Origin: an uncultured Actinomycetes bacterium
GTDB lineage: Bacteria > Actinomycetota > UBA4738 > HRBIN12
Assembly: GCA_963728665.1 (NCBI GenBank)
Contig: CAVSLG010000021.1
Location: forward strand, 7,158 to 71,157
DNA length: 64,000 nt
Direction: 5' to 3'
The notes below the pieces were generated by a model that ran no database searches, was not told the origin of the DNA, and was given only the letters and a program-made list of their open reading frames with translations. Shown here piece by piece: positions 1 to 9,088 of this stretch (within the stretch, counting starts at the first letter, position 1; every line of letters begins with the position of its first letter). The position numbers were made by a program, and so were the translations under genes.

Positions 1-2406
1 GCGCAGGTCTATCGCGGGAAGACCCGCAGTACGGGAACGCCCGGCCAGTACAACGTGACCTACGGCTACTGGGAGGAGCAGGTCGGCCTCGCCGCCGGTC
101 GCCTCGCGGTGCGCCTCGTGAACCATCTGGTCGAGCGCGAGAAGGGGTTCGACTTCGACCAGGAGCTCGAGCGGCTGATCCTGCTGGCCGAGCGTCGGGC
201 GTTCGGCCCGTCGACCCAGGCGATCCTCGACGAGGCCGCGAGCCGCGACGTGCCGTACATCCGGCTCAACGACCAATCCCTCGTGCAGCTCGGCCAGGGG
301 AAGTACCAGCAGCGCATCCGCGCCACGATGACGTCCAAGACCTCGGCCCTCGCGGTCGACATCGCCGGGGACAAGCAGCTCACGCGGCAGCTGCTCGAGT
401 CGGCGGGGCTCCCCGTGCCGCCGGGGAGGATCGTGCGCACCGCGGACGAGGCCGTGGAGGCGGCCACGCGCGTCGGGTTCCCGGTCGTGGTGAAGCCGCT
501 CGACGGCAATCACGGTCGCGGGGTCGGTCTCGGCCTCACGTCGGTGCGAGCGGTCCGTGGCGCCTTCACGCGCGCCCTGAAGGAGAGCCGCCGCGGCTGG
601 GTGGTCGTCGAAGGCATGGTGACAGGCCGCGACTACCGGCTGCTCGTGATCGGCGGGCACATGGTCGCGGTCGCCGAGCGCGTGCCGGCCCACGTCGTCG
701 GCGACGGGAAGCGCACCGTGCGCGAGCTCGTCGCCGAGGCGAACGCCGACCCGCGGCGCGGCATCGGCCACGAGAAGGTGCTCACGCGCATCAAGATCGA
801 CGAGGTCGCCGAGGCGCTGGTGCGTTCGCAGGGCCACGAGCTCGACGGGGTGCCCGATGCCGATGCGATGGTGTTGCTCGCGGCGACGGGGAACATGTCG
901 ACGGGCGGGAGCGCGATCGACCGCACGTGGGACGCCCACGAGGACAACGTGGAGATCGCCGAGGAAGCCGCCCGCGTCGTCGGTCTCGACGTCGCCGGCA
1001 TCGACTTCATCGCGCCCGACATCACGGTGCCGGTCCGCGAGGCGGGCGGCGCGATCGTCGAGGTCAACGCGGCGCCCGGGTTCCGCATGCACACCAACCC
1101 GACCGAGGGCGAGCCCCAGTACGTGGCGCGCCCCGTGATCGACCTGCTGTTCCCGGCGGGCTCGCCTTCGCGAATCCCGATCGTGGCAGTGACCGGGTCG
1201 AACGGGAAGACGACGACCGTCCGCATGATCGCGCACGTGATGAAGAACATGGGCCACAAGGTCGGGCTGACCTCGACCGACGGCATCCTCATCGACGGCC
1301 GGCTCACGAAGCGCGTCGATGCGAGCGGCCCCCGCTCGGCGCAGACCGTGCTGCAGAACCCACGGGTCGACTTCGCGGTCTTCGAGGTGGCGCGGGGTGG
1401 CATCCTGCGTGAGGGCTTGGGCTACGGGCGCAACGACGTCGCGGTCGTGCTGAACGTCACGGGCGACCACCTCGGCCTGCGCGACATCGACACGATCGAA
1501 CAGCTCGCGGCCGTCAAACGCGTGATCGTGGAAGCCGTGCCGCGCGACGGCTTCGCGGTGCTGAATGCCGACGACAAGCTCGTGCTCGAGATGCGCAAGC
1601 ACTGCTCGGGCAACGTGATCCTGTTCACGATGAACGAGGAGCACGAGCTGATCGAGCGCTGGGTGCGCCGTGGGCGCAAGGCCGTGGTGCTGCAGCACGA
1701 CGACAAGGGGGAGCTGATCGTGCTGCGGGACGGCCGTCGCACGATGCCCGTCGGCTACACGCATCAGTTCCCGGCCACGTTCGACGGCCGAGCGCGCATG
1801 AACGTGCAGAACCTGCTCGCCGCGGTCGCAGCCTGTCACGTCTCGGGCGCACACCTGCACGACATCCGGCACGGGCTGCGCACGTTCACGACCGACTTCT
1901 TCCAGGCGCCGGGACGCCTGAACCTCGTGGATCTCGGCGGCGTCACGGTGCTGCTCGACTACGCGCACAATGCCGCCGGGTTGCAGATGGTCGGTGACTT
2001 CGTCGAGCGCATGACCTCGGAGCCGCCGCCGGCTCACCCGGGCGAGCCGACGTGGTCGGCGAACCTGCGGGTCGCCGTCGTCGCCACGGCCGGCGACCGT
2101 CGCGACGAGGACATGCGCGAGCTCGGGCGGGTCGCCGCCCGGTACTTCGACGAGGTGATCGTGCGCGAGGACGTCCACACGCGTGGCCGCGATCGCGGTG
2201 CGACCGGGTCGCTCGTGATGCAGGGCATCGACGAGGCCCGTGCGCAGGGCGCCCGCGTCGGTTCGGCGCAGCTGATCACCGACGAGCTGGACGCGTGCCG
2301 CTCCGCGCTCGACCGTAGCCGTTCGGGCGACCTCGTGGTGCTGTGCGTCGACCGCGCCGCCGAGGTCTGGGACGAGATCGAGGCCCGGCGCTCCGCGGCG
2401 CGGTAG
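1..2406 (+). CDS. cphA: cyanophycin synthetase, CphA1-type; 5' end runs off the window
   Basis: Frame 1 is open from nt 1. The ORF-track M at 55 is an internal GTG. It shows the end of the N domain (YNVTYGYWEEQVGLAAGRLAVRL), an ATP-grasp G domain (VVVKPLDGNHGRGV, IVEVNAAPGF) and a Mur-ligase M domain (VTGSNGKTTT, GDHLG, DYAHNAAG). Confidence 0.9.
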   Translation, partial: AQVYRGKTRSTGTPGQYNVTYGYWEEQVGLAAGRLAVRLVNHLVEREKGFDFDQELERLILLAERRAFGPSTQAILDEAASRDVPYIRLNDQSLVQLGQGKYQQRIRATMTSKTSALAVDIAGDKQLTRQLLESAGLPVPPGRIVRTADEAVEAATRVGFPVVVKPLDGNHGRGVGLGLTSVRAVRGAFTRALKESRRGWVVVEGMVTGRDYRLLVIGGHMVAVAERVPAHVVGDGKRTVRELVAEANADPRRGIGHEKVLTRIKIDEVAEALVRSQGHELDGVPDADAMVLLAATGNMSTGGSAIDRTWDAHEDNVEIAEEAARVVGLDVAGIDFIAPDITVPVREAGGAIVEVNAAPGFRMHTNPTEGEPQYVARPVIDLLFPAGSPSRIPIVAVTGSNGKTTTVRMIAHVMKNMGHKVGLTSTDGILIDGRLTKRVDASGPRSAQTVLQNPRVDFAVFEVARGGILREGLGYGRNDVAVVLNVTGDHLGLRDIDTIEQLAAVKRVIVEAVPRDGFAVLNADDKLVLEMRKHCSGNVILFTMNEEHELIERWVRRGRKAVVLQHDDKGELIVLRDGRRTMPVGYTHQFPATFDGRARMNVQNLLAAVAACHVSGAHLHDIRHGLRTFTTDFFQAPGRLNLVDLGGVTVLLDYAHNAAGLQMVGDFVERMTSEPPPAHPGEPTWSANLRVAVVATAGDRRDEDMRELGRVAARYFDEVIVREDVHTRGRDRGATGSLVMQGIDEARAQGARVGSAQLITDELDACRSALDRSRSGDLVVLCVDRAAEVWDEIEARRSAAR

Positions 2407-2409
2407 CGA

Positions 2410-3303
2410 TCAGCGTCCGGGGTCGAGCAGCGCGGTGGGCAGGCGCTGCCGACGCTCGAGCAGGGAGCGCCAGTGGCGAGGTCCCGCGGCGTCGAGCAGA
2501 TCCGGCACGGTGGCGAGCGTGAACATGTCCGGTCGTACGTCGGAGAGGTCTTCGGCGACGACCGGGAAGGAGACGGTGCCTTCGGGCCGGGCGCGGGGCG
2601 AGTACGGCGCCACGATCGTCGCGCCCGGGCCATTGCGCGAGGGATCGAGCATGACACGTCCCGCCCGGTCGGCCTTGCGGAACGCGGCGGTCGCAAGGTC
2701 CGGCCGCCGGCCTGTGACCGCGTCCGTCAGGGCGGCGGCCGCGCGCCGCAGGTCGGCGGGGTCGACGCGTCGTTCGAACGGCACGACGACGTGCAGGCCC
2801 TTGCCCCCAGTGGTCTTGATGCCGCTGCCCAGGCCGTGGTCGTCGAGCGCTTCGAGCACGAGCACCGCCACCTCGACCGCGGCATCGAATGCGCCGTCGG
2901 GCGGGTCGATGTCGACGACGAGCAGGTCGGGCCGGTCGAGGCGATCGGCTCGCACGGGGGCCATGTGCAGCTCGAGCGACGCCTGGTTGCCCAGCCAGGC
3001 GAGCGTCGCGGGGTCGTTGCAGACGACGTGGTCGACGTCGCGGCCCGCGCTCGGCGCCGCGATGCGGACCCGGCGGATCCACGACGGAGCGTAGTCTGAG
3101 ATCTGCTTCTGGTAGTACGGGGTGCCGCTCACGCCGTCGGGCCCTCGCACGAGCGTGAGGGGACGGTCCCGGAGCCATGGGAGGGCGTGCTCGGCGACGG
3201 CGCCCAGGTAGTCGACGTAGCGCTGCTTCGTGATGCCCAGGTCGGGCCACAGCAGCTTGTCGGGCCGCGTGACGTCGACCGCGGAAGGGGTGCGCGACGG
3301 CAT
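2410..3303 (-). CDS. stand-alone LigD-type NHEJ primase-polymerase domain protein
   Basis: 297 aa with PDKLLWPDLGITKQRYVDYLGAV, DIDPPDG and KTTGGKGLHVVVP, typical of the LigD Pol domain. No ligase or nuclease domain is attached. Confidence 0.85.
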   Translation of the reverse strand: MPSRTPSAVDVTRPDKLLWPDLGITKQRYVDYLGAVAEHALPWLRDRPLTLVRGPDGVSGTPYYQKQISDYAPSWIRRVRIAAPSAGRDVDHVVCNDPATLAWLGNQASLELHMAPVRADRLDRPDLLVVDIDPPDGAFDAAVEVAVLVLEALDDHGLGSGIKTTGGKGLHVVVPFERRVDPADLRRAAAALTDAVTGRRPDLATAAFRKADRAGRVMLDPSRNGPGATIVAPYSPRARPEGTVSFPVVAEDLSDVRPDMFTLATVPDLLDAAGPRHWRSLLERRQRLPTALLDPGR

Positions 3304-3357
3304 GGGTTCAAGCTTCCCCGTTCGATCGGGGTTCCATGCCTCGGCGCCGCTCCAGGG

Positions 3358-5058
3358 TCATCGCCGGGCTCGCCGGACCAACCGCCGCACGGTCGCTGCG
3401 TCGGCCCGCCGCGCGCCAAGCTCGCCGTCGAGCAGCGCGAACATCTCCGGCCGGTGAGCGAGGGCTGTCACGGCGAGCACGTCGCGAGGTCCGGCTCGCT
3501 CGAGCAGGTGGCGCAGCGCGGAAACCTCGTCGGGCAGGACAGGCACGTCGACGGCCCCGCCGTCGAGCGCGCCGGCTCGCAGCCGTGCGATCAGGTCGTC
3601 CGCATCGCGCCCGCGCAGGTACCGGCGGAGCTCGGCGATGCACGCGTGGTCGGCCCCTCGGGCCGCGCGCTCGCCGAGGCCGTGCAGGATCGCGTCGTCT
3701 CGATCGCCGGCGGTGCCGAACGCGATCCACGTCTCGGCGCCCGCGGGGCAGAGCCCCCGGGCGATCTCGGCGAGTCCGTCCATGCCGGCTTCGTTGTGCG
3801 CGTAGTCGACCACGATCACCAGCTCCCCGAGCGTGTACACGTTGGCGCGCCCCGGGTTCGCATCTGCGTCGGGGCGGAAGGAGCGCAAGCCATCCACGAC
3901 GGCCCGCTTCGGCAGGCCGATCGCGAGCGCAGCCGCGGTGGCCGACATCGCGTTGCGCGCGTGCTGCGAGGAGATGCCCGCCAGCGTCATCGGTACCTCC
4001 TCGAGATCGACGAGCTTGCGTGAACCGCCCCTCCCGAGCTCCGCGATCGCTCGGTCGAGCACCGTGAGCGCCCGACCGCCGTCGGACAGGGCGTCCCGCA
4101 TGGCTGGATGACGCGGATCGAGCGAGCAGATGAACGGACGCCCGCCCGCCCGTCGGCGCATCGCGAGCACGCGCGGGTCGTCGGCGTTGAGCACATGCCA
4201 TCCGTCGTCGCGCGTGATCGTGGTGATCGTGCCCTTGACCTCAGCGAGCTGGTCGAGCGTGTCGACGCCGTGCAGACCGAGGTGGTCGGCCGAGATGTTC
4301 GTGACGACCGAGACGTCGTTGTGGGTCGTGCCGATGCCGCGCAGCAGGATGCCGCCGCGGGCCGTCTCGAGGATCGCGACGTCGATGTCCGGTTGGGCGA
4401 GGGCCATCTGCGCGCCGCTGAACCCCGAGTAGTCGCCGGCCTCGACGAGCTCGCCGTCGTGGAAGACCCCATCGGTCGAGGAGTACGCGACGCTGCACCC
4501 GGCGGTGCGGACGATGTGCGCGAGCAGGCGCACGGTCGTCGTCTTCCCATTCGTGCCGGTGACCGCGATCACCGGGATCGTGGGGTCGGCCACGGTCGGT
4601 GGGGGGCCGGGGTCGACCGTGACGATGGAGTCGGCCGCGTCGGCGACCAGGCGTTCGAACGACCGGCGGGTGCCGAGCAGATCGCGCATCACGGCGGCGA
4701 CTTGGCGGGCGAGCGCCTCGGCGGCATCACGTCGCCGCCACGGGAACGCGATCACGATGCGGTCTTCGGCCGGTCCCGTGCGCCACCGAACGGCGAGCCG
4801 CACGGACGACGCATGGGCGATCGAGCGCGCCACGTGCGCGCCGACACGCCCGGCGAACCGCCGCCGCTGTTCGCTCTCACGCCGGCCCGGGCTGGCCTTC
4901 CCCGGGAGGGCGATGTCGGTCGCCAACCCGGAGAGCCGCGATTCGGTGGCGCGCAGCCAGCCGGGGACCGCGAGCGTGAGCTTCACGGCCGGTCGCGGGA
5001 AGTACAGGTTCGGGCCGTCGAGCACCCGAAGCTCGACGATGTCGACCAGGTCCGCCAT
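3358..5058 (-). CDS. CphA-like ligase with N domain plus Mur-ligase M domain and no ATP-grasp domain
   Basis: The N terminus IVELRVLDGPNLYFPRPAVKLTL resembles the CphA N domain. It leads straight into VTGTNGKTTT, ETARGGILLRG, ADHLGLHG and DYAHNEAG. No ATP-grasp segment lies between them. Confidence 0.8.
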   Translation of the reverse strand: MADLVDIVELRVLDGPNLYFPRPAVKLTLAVPGWLRATESRLSGLATDIALPGKASPGRRESEQRRRFAGRVGAHVARSIAHASSVRLAVRWRTGPAEDRIVIAFPWRRRDAAEALARQVAAVMRDLLGTRRSFERLVADAADSIVTVDPGPPPTVADPTIPVIAVTGTNGKTTTVRLLAHIVRTAGCSVAYSSTDGVFHDGELVEAGDYSGFSGAQMALAQPDIDVAILETARGGILLRGIGTTHNDVSVVTNISADHLGLHGVDTLDQLAEVKGTITTITRDDGWHVLNADDPRVLAMRRRAGGRPFICSLDPRHPAMRDALSDGGRALTVLDRAIAELGRGGSRKLVDLEEVPMTLAGISSQHARNAMSATAAALAIGLPKRAVVDGLRSFRPDADANPGRANVYTLGELVIVVDYAHNEAGMDGLAEIARGLCPAGAETWIAFGTAGDRDDAILHGLGERAARGADHACIAELRRYLRGRDADDLIARLRAGALDGGAVDVPVLPDEVSALRHLLERAGPRDVLAVTALAHRPEMFALLDGELGARRADAATVRRLVRRARR

Positions 5059-5224
5059 GGCTCGGCCAGCCTATCCGTGAGGCGTCGCACGCGCATCGCG
5101 AGGCCGGGAACCTATGCAGGATTCGCTCGGAGTGGTCCGCCCGCGCATGGGTTCCGAAGGCCTCCCGACAGCAGGCGGCGGACGATCGCGAGCCTGACCG
5201 AACAGCAGAAGGAAGGAGTCACCG

Positions 5225-5791
5225 ATGCGCAGCAGGAAGCTCATCACGGCGCTCGCCGTGTTCGCGTCGCTCTCGATCGCCGCGGCAGCGTGCAGCAGTG
5301 ACGGCGACACGTCCTCGACGGACGCGATGGAGGGAGCCGAGTCCTCGGCGCCGGCCGAGACGACCGAGACGATCACCGACGTCGTCTCCGGCAACGAGGA
5401 CTTCTCGACCTTGCTCGCCGCCGTCGAGGCGGCCGGGCTGGGGGAGACGCTCGCCGGCGAGGGACCGTACACGGTCTTCGCACCGACGGACGACGCGTTC
5501 GCGGCGTTGCCGGAGGGCACGCTCGACACGCTGCTGAAGCCGAAGAACGAGGATCTCCTCACGTCGATCCTCACCTACCACGTGGTGCCGGCCGAGGTCA
5601 TGGCGGCCGACGTGGAGTCGGGCGAGGTCACCACCGTGAACGGTGCGACCTTCACCGTCGACGCGTCCGACATGGGCGTCAGCATCACCGACGGTCAGGG
5701 CAACGAGGTCGACGTCATCACGACCGACATCGTCACATCGAACGGCGTGATCCACGTGATCGATGGGGTGGTGCTGCCGCCGGAAGCGTGA
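5225..5791 (+). CDS. fasciclin (FAS1) domain lipoprotein
   Basis: Signal peptide with lipobox-like SIAAAAC. FAS1 motifs are FSTLLAAVEAAGL, YTVFAPTDDAF, LTYHVV and NGVIHVIDGVLLP-like. A GAAGGAG Shine-Dalgarno (SD) motif sits upstream of the ATG. Confidence 0.85.
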   Translation: MRSRKLITALAVFASLSIAAAACSSDGDTSSTDAMEGAESSAPAETTETITDVVSGNEDFSTLLAAVEAAGLGETLAGEGPYTVFAPTDDAFAALPEGTLDTLLKPKNEDLLTSILTYHVVPAEVMAADVESGEVTTVNGATFTVDASDMGVSITDGQGNEVDVITTDIVTSNGVIHVIDGVVLPPEA

Positions 5792-5812
5792 TCGCGAACG
5801 ATCCGACGTTCA

Positions 5813-6502
5813 TCACAGCGCCGCCGGGGCTGCTCCTGCGCCCCGGCGGCGCTCGTTCGTCATAGCGTGAGCCCGTGGCTCGACGCGTTCCCTGAGACCG
5901 CGCAGATGGCTCCTGGCCATCACGAAGTCGGTCCAGAGCGCTGCCCGATATGCGAGGGCCAGCCACGGGGGCCCCACCGCCCCTCTCGTTCGCAGATGCA
6001 CCCGGACCCGTCCGTCCCCGAGGTCATCGATGGCCCACGTCCAGGCCCAGTCGAGCCACGCATCGTCGGGCCTCGGCGGCAGATGGGTGTGCGATCGCAA
6101 CACCAGCAGGTGTGGGGCCTCCATCCGCTCGACCACGAAGTAACACCCGCTCTCGGGGGGCCCGTCCGGCACGTGGTCGCCGACCTCCAGACCCTGGAAC
6201 TCGGGCAGGATCTCGGTCGCGCTCGGCGCGTTCGCCGGGAACAGCAGCCGATCGACCCACCGGTACGTGTACCACCCCGCGCGATGCCACCCGGTCTGCA
6301 CGAGCCAGGGCCAGACGTCGTCGGCGCGGCCGCGCATCGTGATCGCGTGGTTCGTCGCGAAGGAGGGGTCGGGCACGAGATCGTCGCTGGGAAGACGGCG
6401 CCGGCGTTCCTCGGGCGTGCTGCCCCAGGTCCTCCCGAGATAGGTGGCGGCCGCGAACGCGCCTACCGCGGCCGCCCCGACGGACCAGCCCATCTTCGAC
6501 AT
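5813..6502 (-). CDS. SRPBCC / START-like family protein (start uncertain)
   Basis: VWPWLVQTGWHRAGWYTYRWVD is typical of the polyketide-cyclase/SRPBCC fold. I chose the internal ATG (MSKMGWSV) over the upstream Arg-rich extension. Confidence 0.6.
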   Translation of the reverse strand: MSKMGWSVGAAAVGAFAAATYLGRTWGSTPEERRRRLPSDDLVPDPSFATNHAITMRGRADDVWPWLVQTGWHRAGWYTYRWVDRLLFPANAPSATEILPEFQGLEVGDHVPDGPPESGCYFVVERMEAPHLLVLRSHTHLPPRPDDAWLDWAWTWAIDDLGDGRVRVHLRTRGAVGPPWLALAYRAALWTDFVMARSHLRGLRERVEPRAHAMTNERRRGAGAAPAAL

Positions 6503-6593
6503 CGGACCTCGCCCCCTTCGACGGACCTCGGAGTCAGCGTGCACGAACTCCGGTGTCGCACGACGGGCGGTTCGGCCCGGTCCGTGCGGACCT

Positions 6594-6809
6594 TCAGTCC
6601 CTCAGGACCCGCTCTTCGAGGACGTGGTCGGAGCAGAAGTGGTGTCGCACCCCGTCGGCGTCGATCGCGCCGATCGACGGCTTCCCGCACGGGTCACCGA
6701 TCGCCACCGTCGTGGGCGCACCGCCATCCGCGGATTCGCGTTCGCGGATCATCTGCTGCATCACAAGGGCGACGTCGACGTACTGACACGGGGGGAGAGG
6801 GTCCGTCAT
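6594..6809 (-). CDS. hypothetical 71-aa Cys/His-containing protein
   Basis: Starts at ATG (MTDPLPPCQYVDV...). GC3 is high throughout, with 3 Cys and several His. No family recognised. Confidence 0.4.
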   Translation of the reverse strand: MTDPLPPCQYVDVALVMQQMIRERESADGGAPTTVAIGDPCGKPSIGAIDADGVRHHFCSDHVLEERVLRD

Positions 6810-6930
6810 GCGAGCAGTGTGGCCCGACCGGCCGACGGAGCGCATCGGCTGTCCGGCGCGCGTTCGTTCGGCGAAGGTCTCGAAACCCACGGCGCCAGGG
6901 GAGGCCGCACGCCGACGTCGCGGGCCGGCG

Positions 6931-7182
6931 TCAGGCCTGGGCCTGGGTGCGCAGTTTGTAGTAGGCGCGCTCCACCATGAATCGAGAGTCGGGTGACGAC
7001 GGGTCTGCGAGCGCCTCGCGGAGCCATGCCTTGACCTCGTCGACCTCCACGGACTCCGCGTTCATGCGACTCGGTCGCGTGAACCGCTTTCCCCGAACGA
7101 GCGGGCCGAGCAGCTGTGCGGCCTCACCGAGCTGATCGGCCTCGACCAGCCGGAGCGCCTCTTCGATCCTGTCGACGTCGAT
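6931..7182 (-). CDS. small coding segment overlapping the helicase 3' end (independent ORF or frameshifted helicase C terminus)
   Basis: The frame reading IDVDRIEEALRLVEADQLGEAAQLL...AYYKLRTQAQA has protein-like composition and high GC3. No ATG, GTG or TTG is available at its 5' end. GGGAGGG lies 7 nt upstream of an ATC. Confidence 0.3.
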   Translation of the reverse strand: MDVDRIEEALRLVEADQLGEAAQLLGPLVRGKRFTRPSRMNAESVEVDEVKAWLREALADPSSPDSRFMVERAYYKLRTQAQA

Positions 7183-8398
7183 GGGTGTTCCCTCCCTTCG
7201 GCGAACGAGCCTGCCCGTTGCCGCCTTGGTGCGGCGCCGGCTTCGAGAGGCCGGCCTGCACGAATTCGGCGTGCAGGTCCAACCGCTTCGCGATGCGGCC
7301 GACCTCCAGGCGCTGATCGGGGGTGACGAACGTGACCCCCTCGCCGCCGCGCCCGGCACGCGCCGTGCGGCCCACACGATGAACGTACGCCTTGTCGTCT
7401 GCAGGCGCATCGAAGTTGATCACGTGGGTGATGTCGTCGAGGTCGAGGCCGCGGGCGGCGACGTCGGTCGCGACGAGCACGTCGTTGGCTCCGCTCGCGA
7501 ACCGTCCGAGCGCCCGCTCGCGCTGCGGCTGCGACATGCCGCCGTGCAGCTCACCGGCGCTGAACCCTTCCTTGCGCAGGTTCCGAGCGAGGCGGTCGGC
7601 GCCGCGTTGGGTGCGCACGAAGATCAACGTGAGCCCCCGGTCGGCGGCGAGCTCGCGCACGAGCGCCCTGGTCTTCTGGGGGTGCTCCACGGCGATGAAG
7701 CGATGCGTGGCGTGATTGATGTTCGGCCCGGGCTCGCCATTCTCGTGCAGCACTGCATCGCGCGTGAAGCGCTTCGCGAGGCGCCCGACCTCACCGTCGA
7801 GCGTCGCGGAGAACAGCATCGTCTGGCGGTCGGGGCGCAGCATCTCGAGGATGCGGGTGACGTCGGGTAGGAAGCCCATGTCCAGCATGCGGTCGGCCTC
7901 GTCGAGCACGCAGGCGCGCACGCGGTCGAGGCGCAGCAGCTTCCGCGCGACGAGGTCCAGCAGTCGTCCGGGGGTCGCGATCACGATGTCGGCGTGGCGC
8001 GCGCGCTTGGCCTGTGGTCCGATGCCGACGCCGCCGTAGACGGATACCACCTGCAGGTGACGCACGTCGGCGATCGCGCGGAATTCCTCGGTGACCTGGC
8101 TCGCCAGCTCGCGCGTGGGCGCGAGGATCAGTCCGGTCGGGCTCTTCCCGCTGGGGTGCAGGCGCTCGACGAGCGGCACGGCGAACGCGAGAGTCTTGCC
8201 CGAGCCGGTGCGTGATCGTGCCAACACGTCACGGCCGGCGAGGGCGTCGGGCAGCACGAGCGACTGGATCGCGAATGGGCGCTCGAAGCCGCGCATGCGC
8301 AGAACCTCGGCGACCCGCTCCGAGACGCCGAGCGCTCGGAAGGTGGGCTGGTCGGGCTCGTGGTCGATGGATCTCGCTGTTGCGGCGGTGGTCGGCAC
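7124..8398 (-). CDS. DEAD-box ATP-dependent RNA helicase
   Basis: Q motif (FERPFAIQ), motif I (SRTGSGKTLAF), DEAD (VLDEADRMLDMGF), SAT and HRVGRTARAG. The chosen start is GTG at 8398, preceded by AGGAGAGG. The upstream ATG extension has poor GC3. Confidence 0.85.
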   Translation of the reverse strand: MPTTAATARSIDHEPDQPTFRALGVSERVAEVLRMRGFERPFAIQSLVLPDALAGRDVLARSRTGSGKTLAFAVPLVERLHPSGKSPTGLILAPTRELASQVTEEFRAIADVRHLQVVSVYGGVGIGPQAKRARHADIVIATPGRLLDLVARKLLRLDRVRACVLDEADRMLDMGFLPDVTRILEMLRPDRQTMLFSATLDGEVGRLAKRFTRDAVLHENGEPGPNINHATHRFIAVEHPQKTRALVRELAADRGLTLIFVRTQRGADRLARNLRKEGFSAGELHGGMSQPQRERALGRFASGANDVLVATDVAARGLDLDDITHVINFDAPADDKAYVHRVGRTARAGRGGEGVTFVTPDQRLEVGRIAKRLDLHAEFVQAGLSKPAPHQGGNGQARSPKGGNTHRRRQDRRGAPAGRGRSAR

Positions 8399-8585
8399 GG
8401 TTCGGTGTGTCCTCTCCTGGTCGTTCGTTCGATGCGCGTCGAGGGCAGGCGCCTCTGCGCAGGGAACGCCCAGGAGGGGCGGTGCGTGCGAAGGATCGCG
8501 AGACATCGTCGCGCGCGCGTCTCGTTCGAGATCGGCGCGGTCGTTCCAAGGATACGCGATGGAACCGAGAGCGCGACGGACCGTC

Positions 8586-8963
8586 TCACACGCCGCTGAT
8601 GCGCACGAGCCTGCCGAGGGCCAACCGTGCGACCGGGATGTATGCGAGCACGAAGGGTGCCGGGCCGTCGATCACGACGACGGCCACGCCATCGCCCACC
8701 TCGTGATCGATCGTGAGTCGCGCGGGCCCGGCGCGAACCTTCCACGTCCATCGGCGTGCTGCCTCGTCGAGGGCGGTGACCTCGAAACGCGCCTTGGCGC
8801 CGAAGAACCCGTGCACCGCCCCGCGCATGCCTCGCTCGATCGGTCCAGCCGGATCGACGCTCGTGATCTGGGGCGCCCAGCTGTGCCACCGGGACGTGTC
8901 GGCGTACGCGGCCCACATCGCCGCTGCACTCGCCGGCCCGCGCACTACGACGCGCGATCGCAT
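8586..8963 (-). CDS. SRPBCC family protein
   Basis: 125 aa. AAMWAAYADTSRWHSWAPQI is typical of the polyketide cyclase/dehydrase-like fold. Confidence 0.65.
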   Translation of the reverse strand: MRSRVVVRGPASAAAMWAAYADTSRWHSWAPQITSVDPAGPIERGMRGAVHGFFGAKARFEVTALDEAARRWTWKVRAGPARLTIDHEVGDGVAVVVIDGPAPFVLAYIPVARLALGRLVRISGV

Positions 8964-9088
8964 CGTCGCGAGCCTACGGGTCGGCGTTCATCGGTGTCCC
9001 GGAGGACCGCGCGAACCCATGCAAGGCCCTCGATTTCACGTCCATCCGTGCATGGGTTCCGAATCGCGGTTGACGGAAGGAGACAGTG

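Noticed and set aside
2276-4201. Long alternative-frame and antisense ORFs (e.g. 2276..3250, 3308..4201, 3336..4067). Similar ones occur elsewhere: 22200..25421, 27171..30179, 40487..43159, 52221..54329 and 53990..55939.
   Set aside because: Their translations are dominated by Arg/Pro/Gly/Ala runs with no recognisable motifs. They lie opposite or out of frame to genes with clear family signatures. These are typical shadow ORFs of very GC-rich DNA.
6594-6809. Possible homology between the two small proteins starting MTDPLPPC (6594..6809) and MTDPIPFC (56019..56228).
   Set aside because: Similarity is limited to the first eight residues. The remainder does not align by eye and Cys spacing differs. 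This is too little to claim a family.
7170-7195. Programmed +1 ribosomal frameshift at the helicase tail, suggested by the SD-like GGGAGGG just upstream.
   Set aside because: The putative shift site (ACC CAU C) is not slippery and there is no in-frame stop or rare codon to stall on. An indel or an independent small ORF is more parsimonious. It is kept only as an open observation in the findings.
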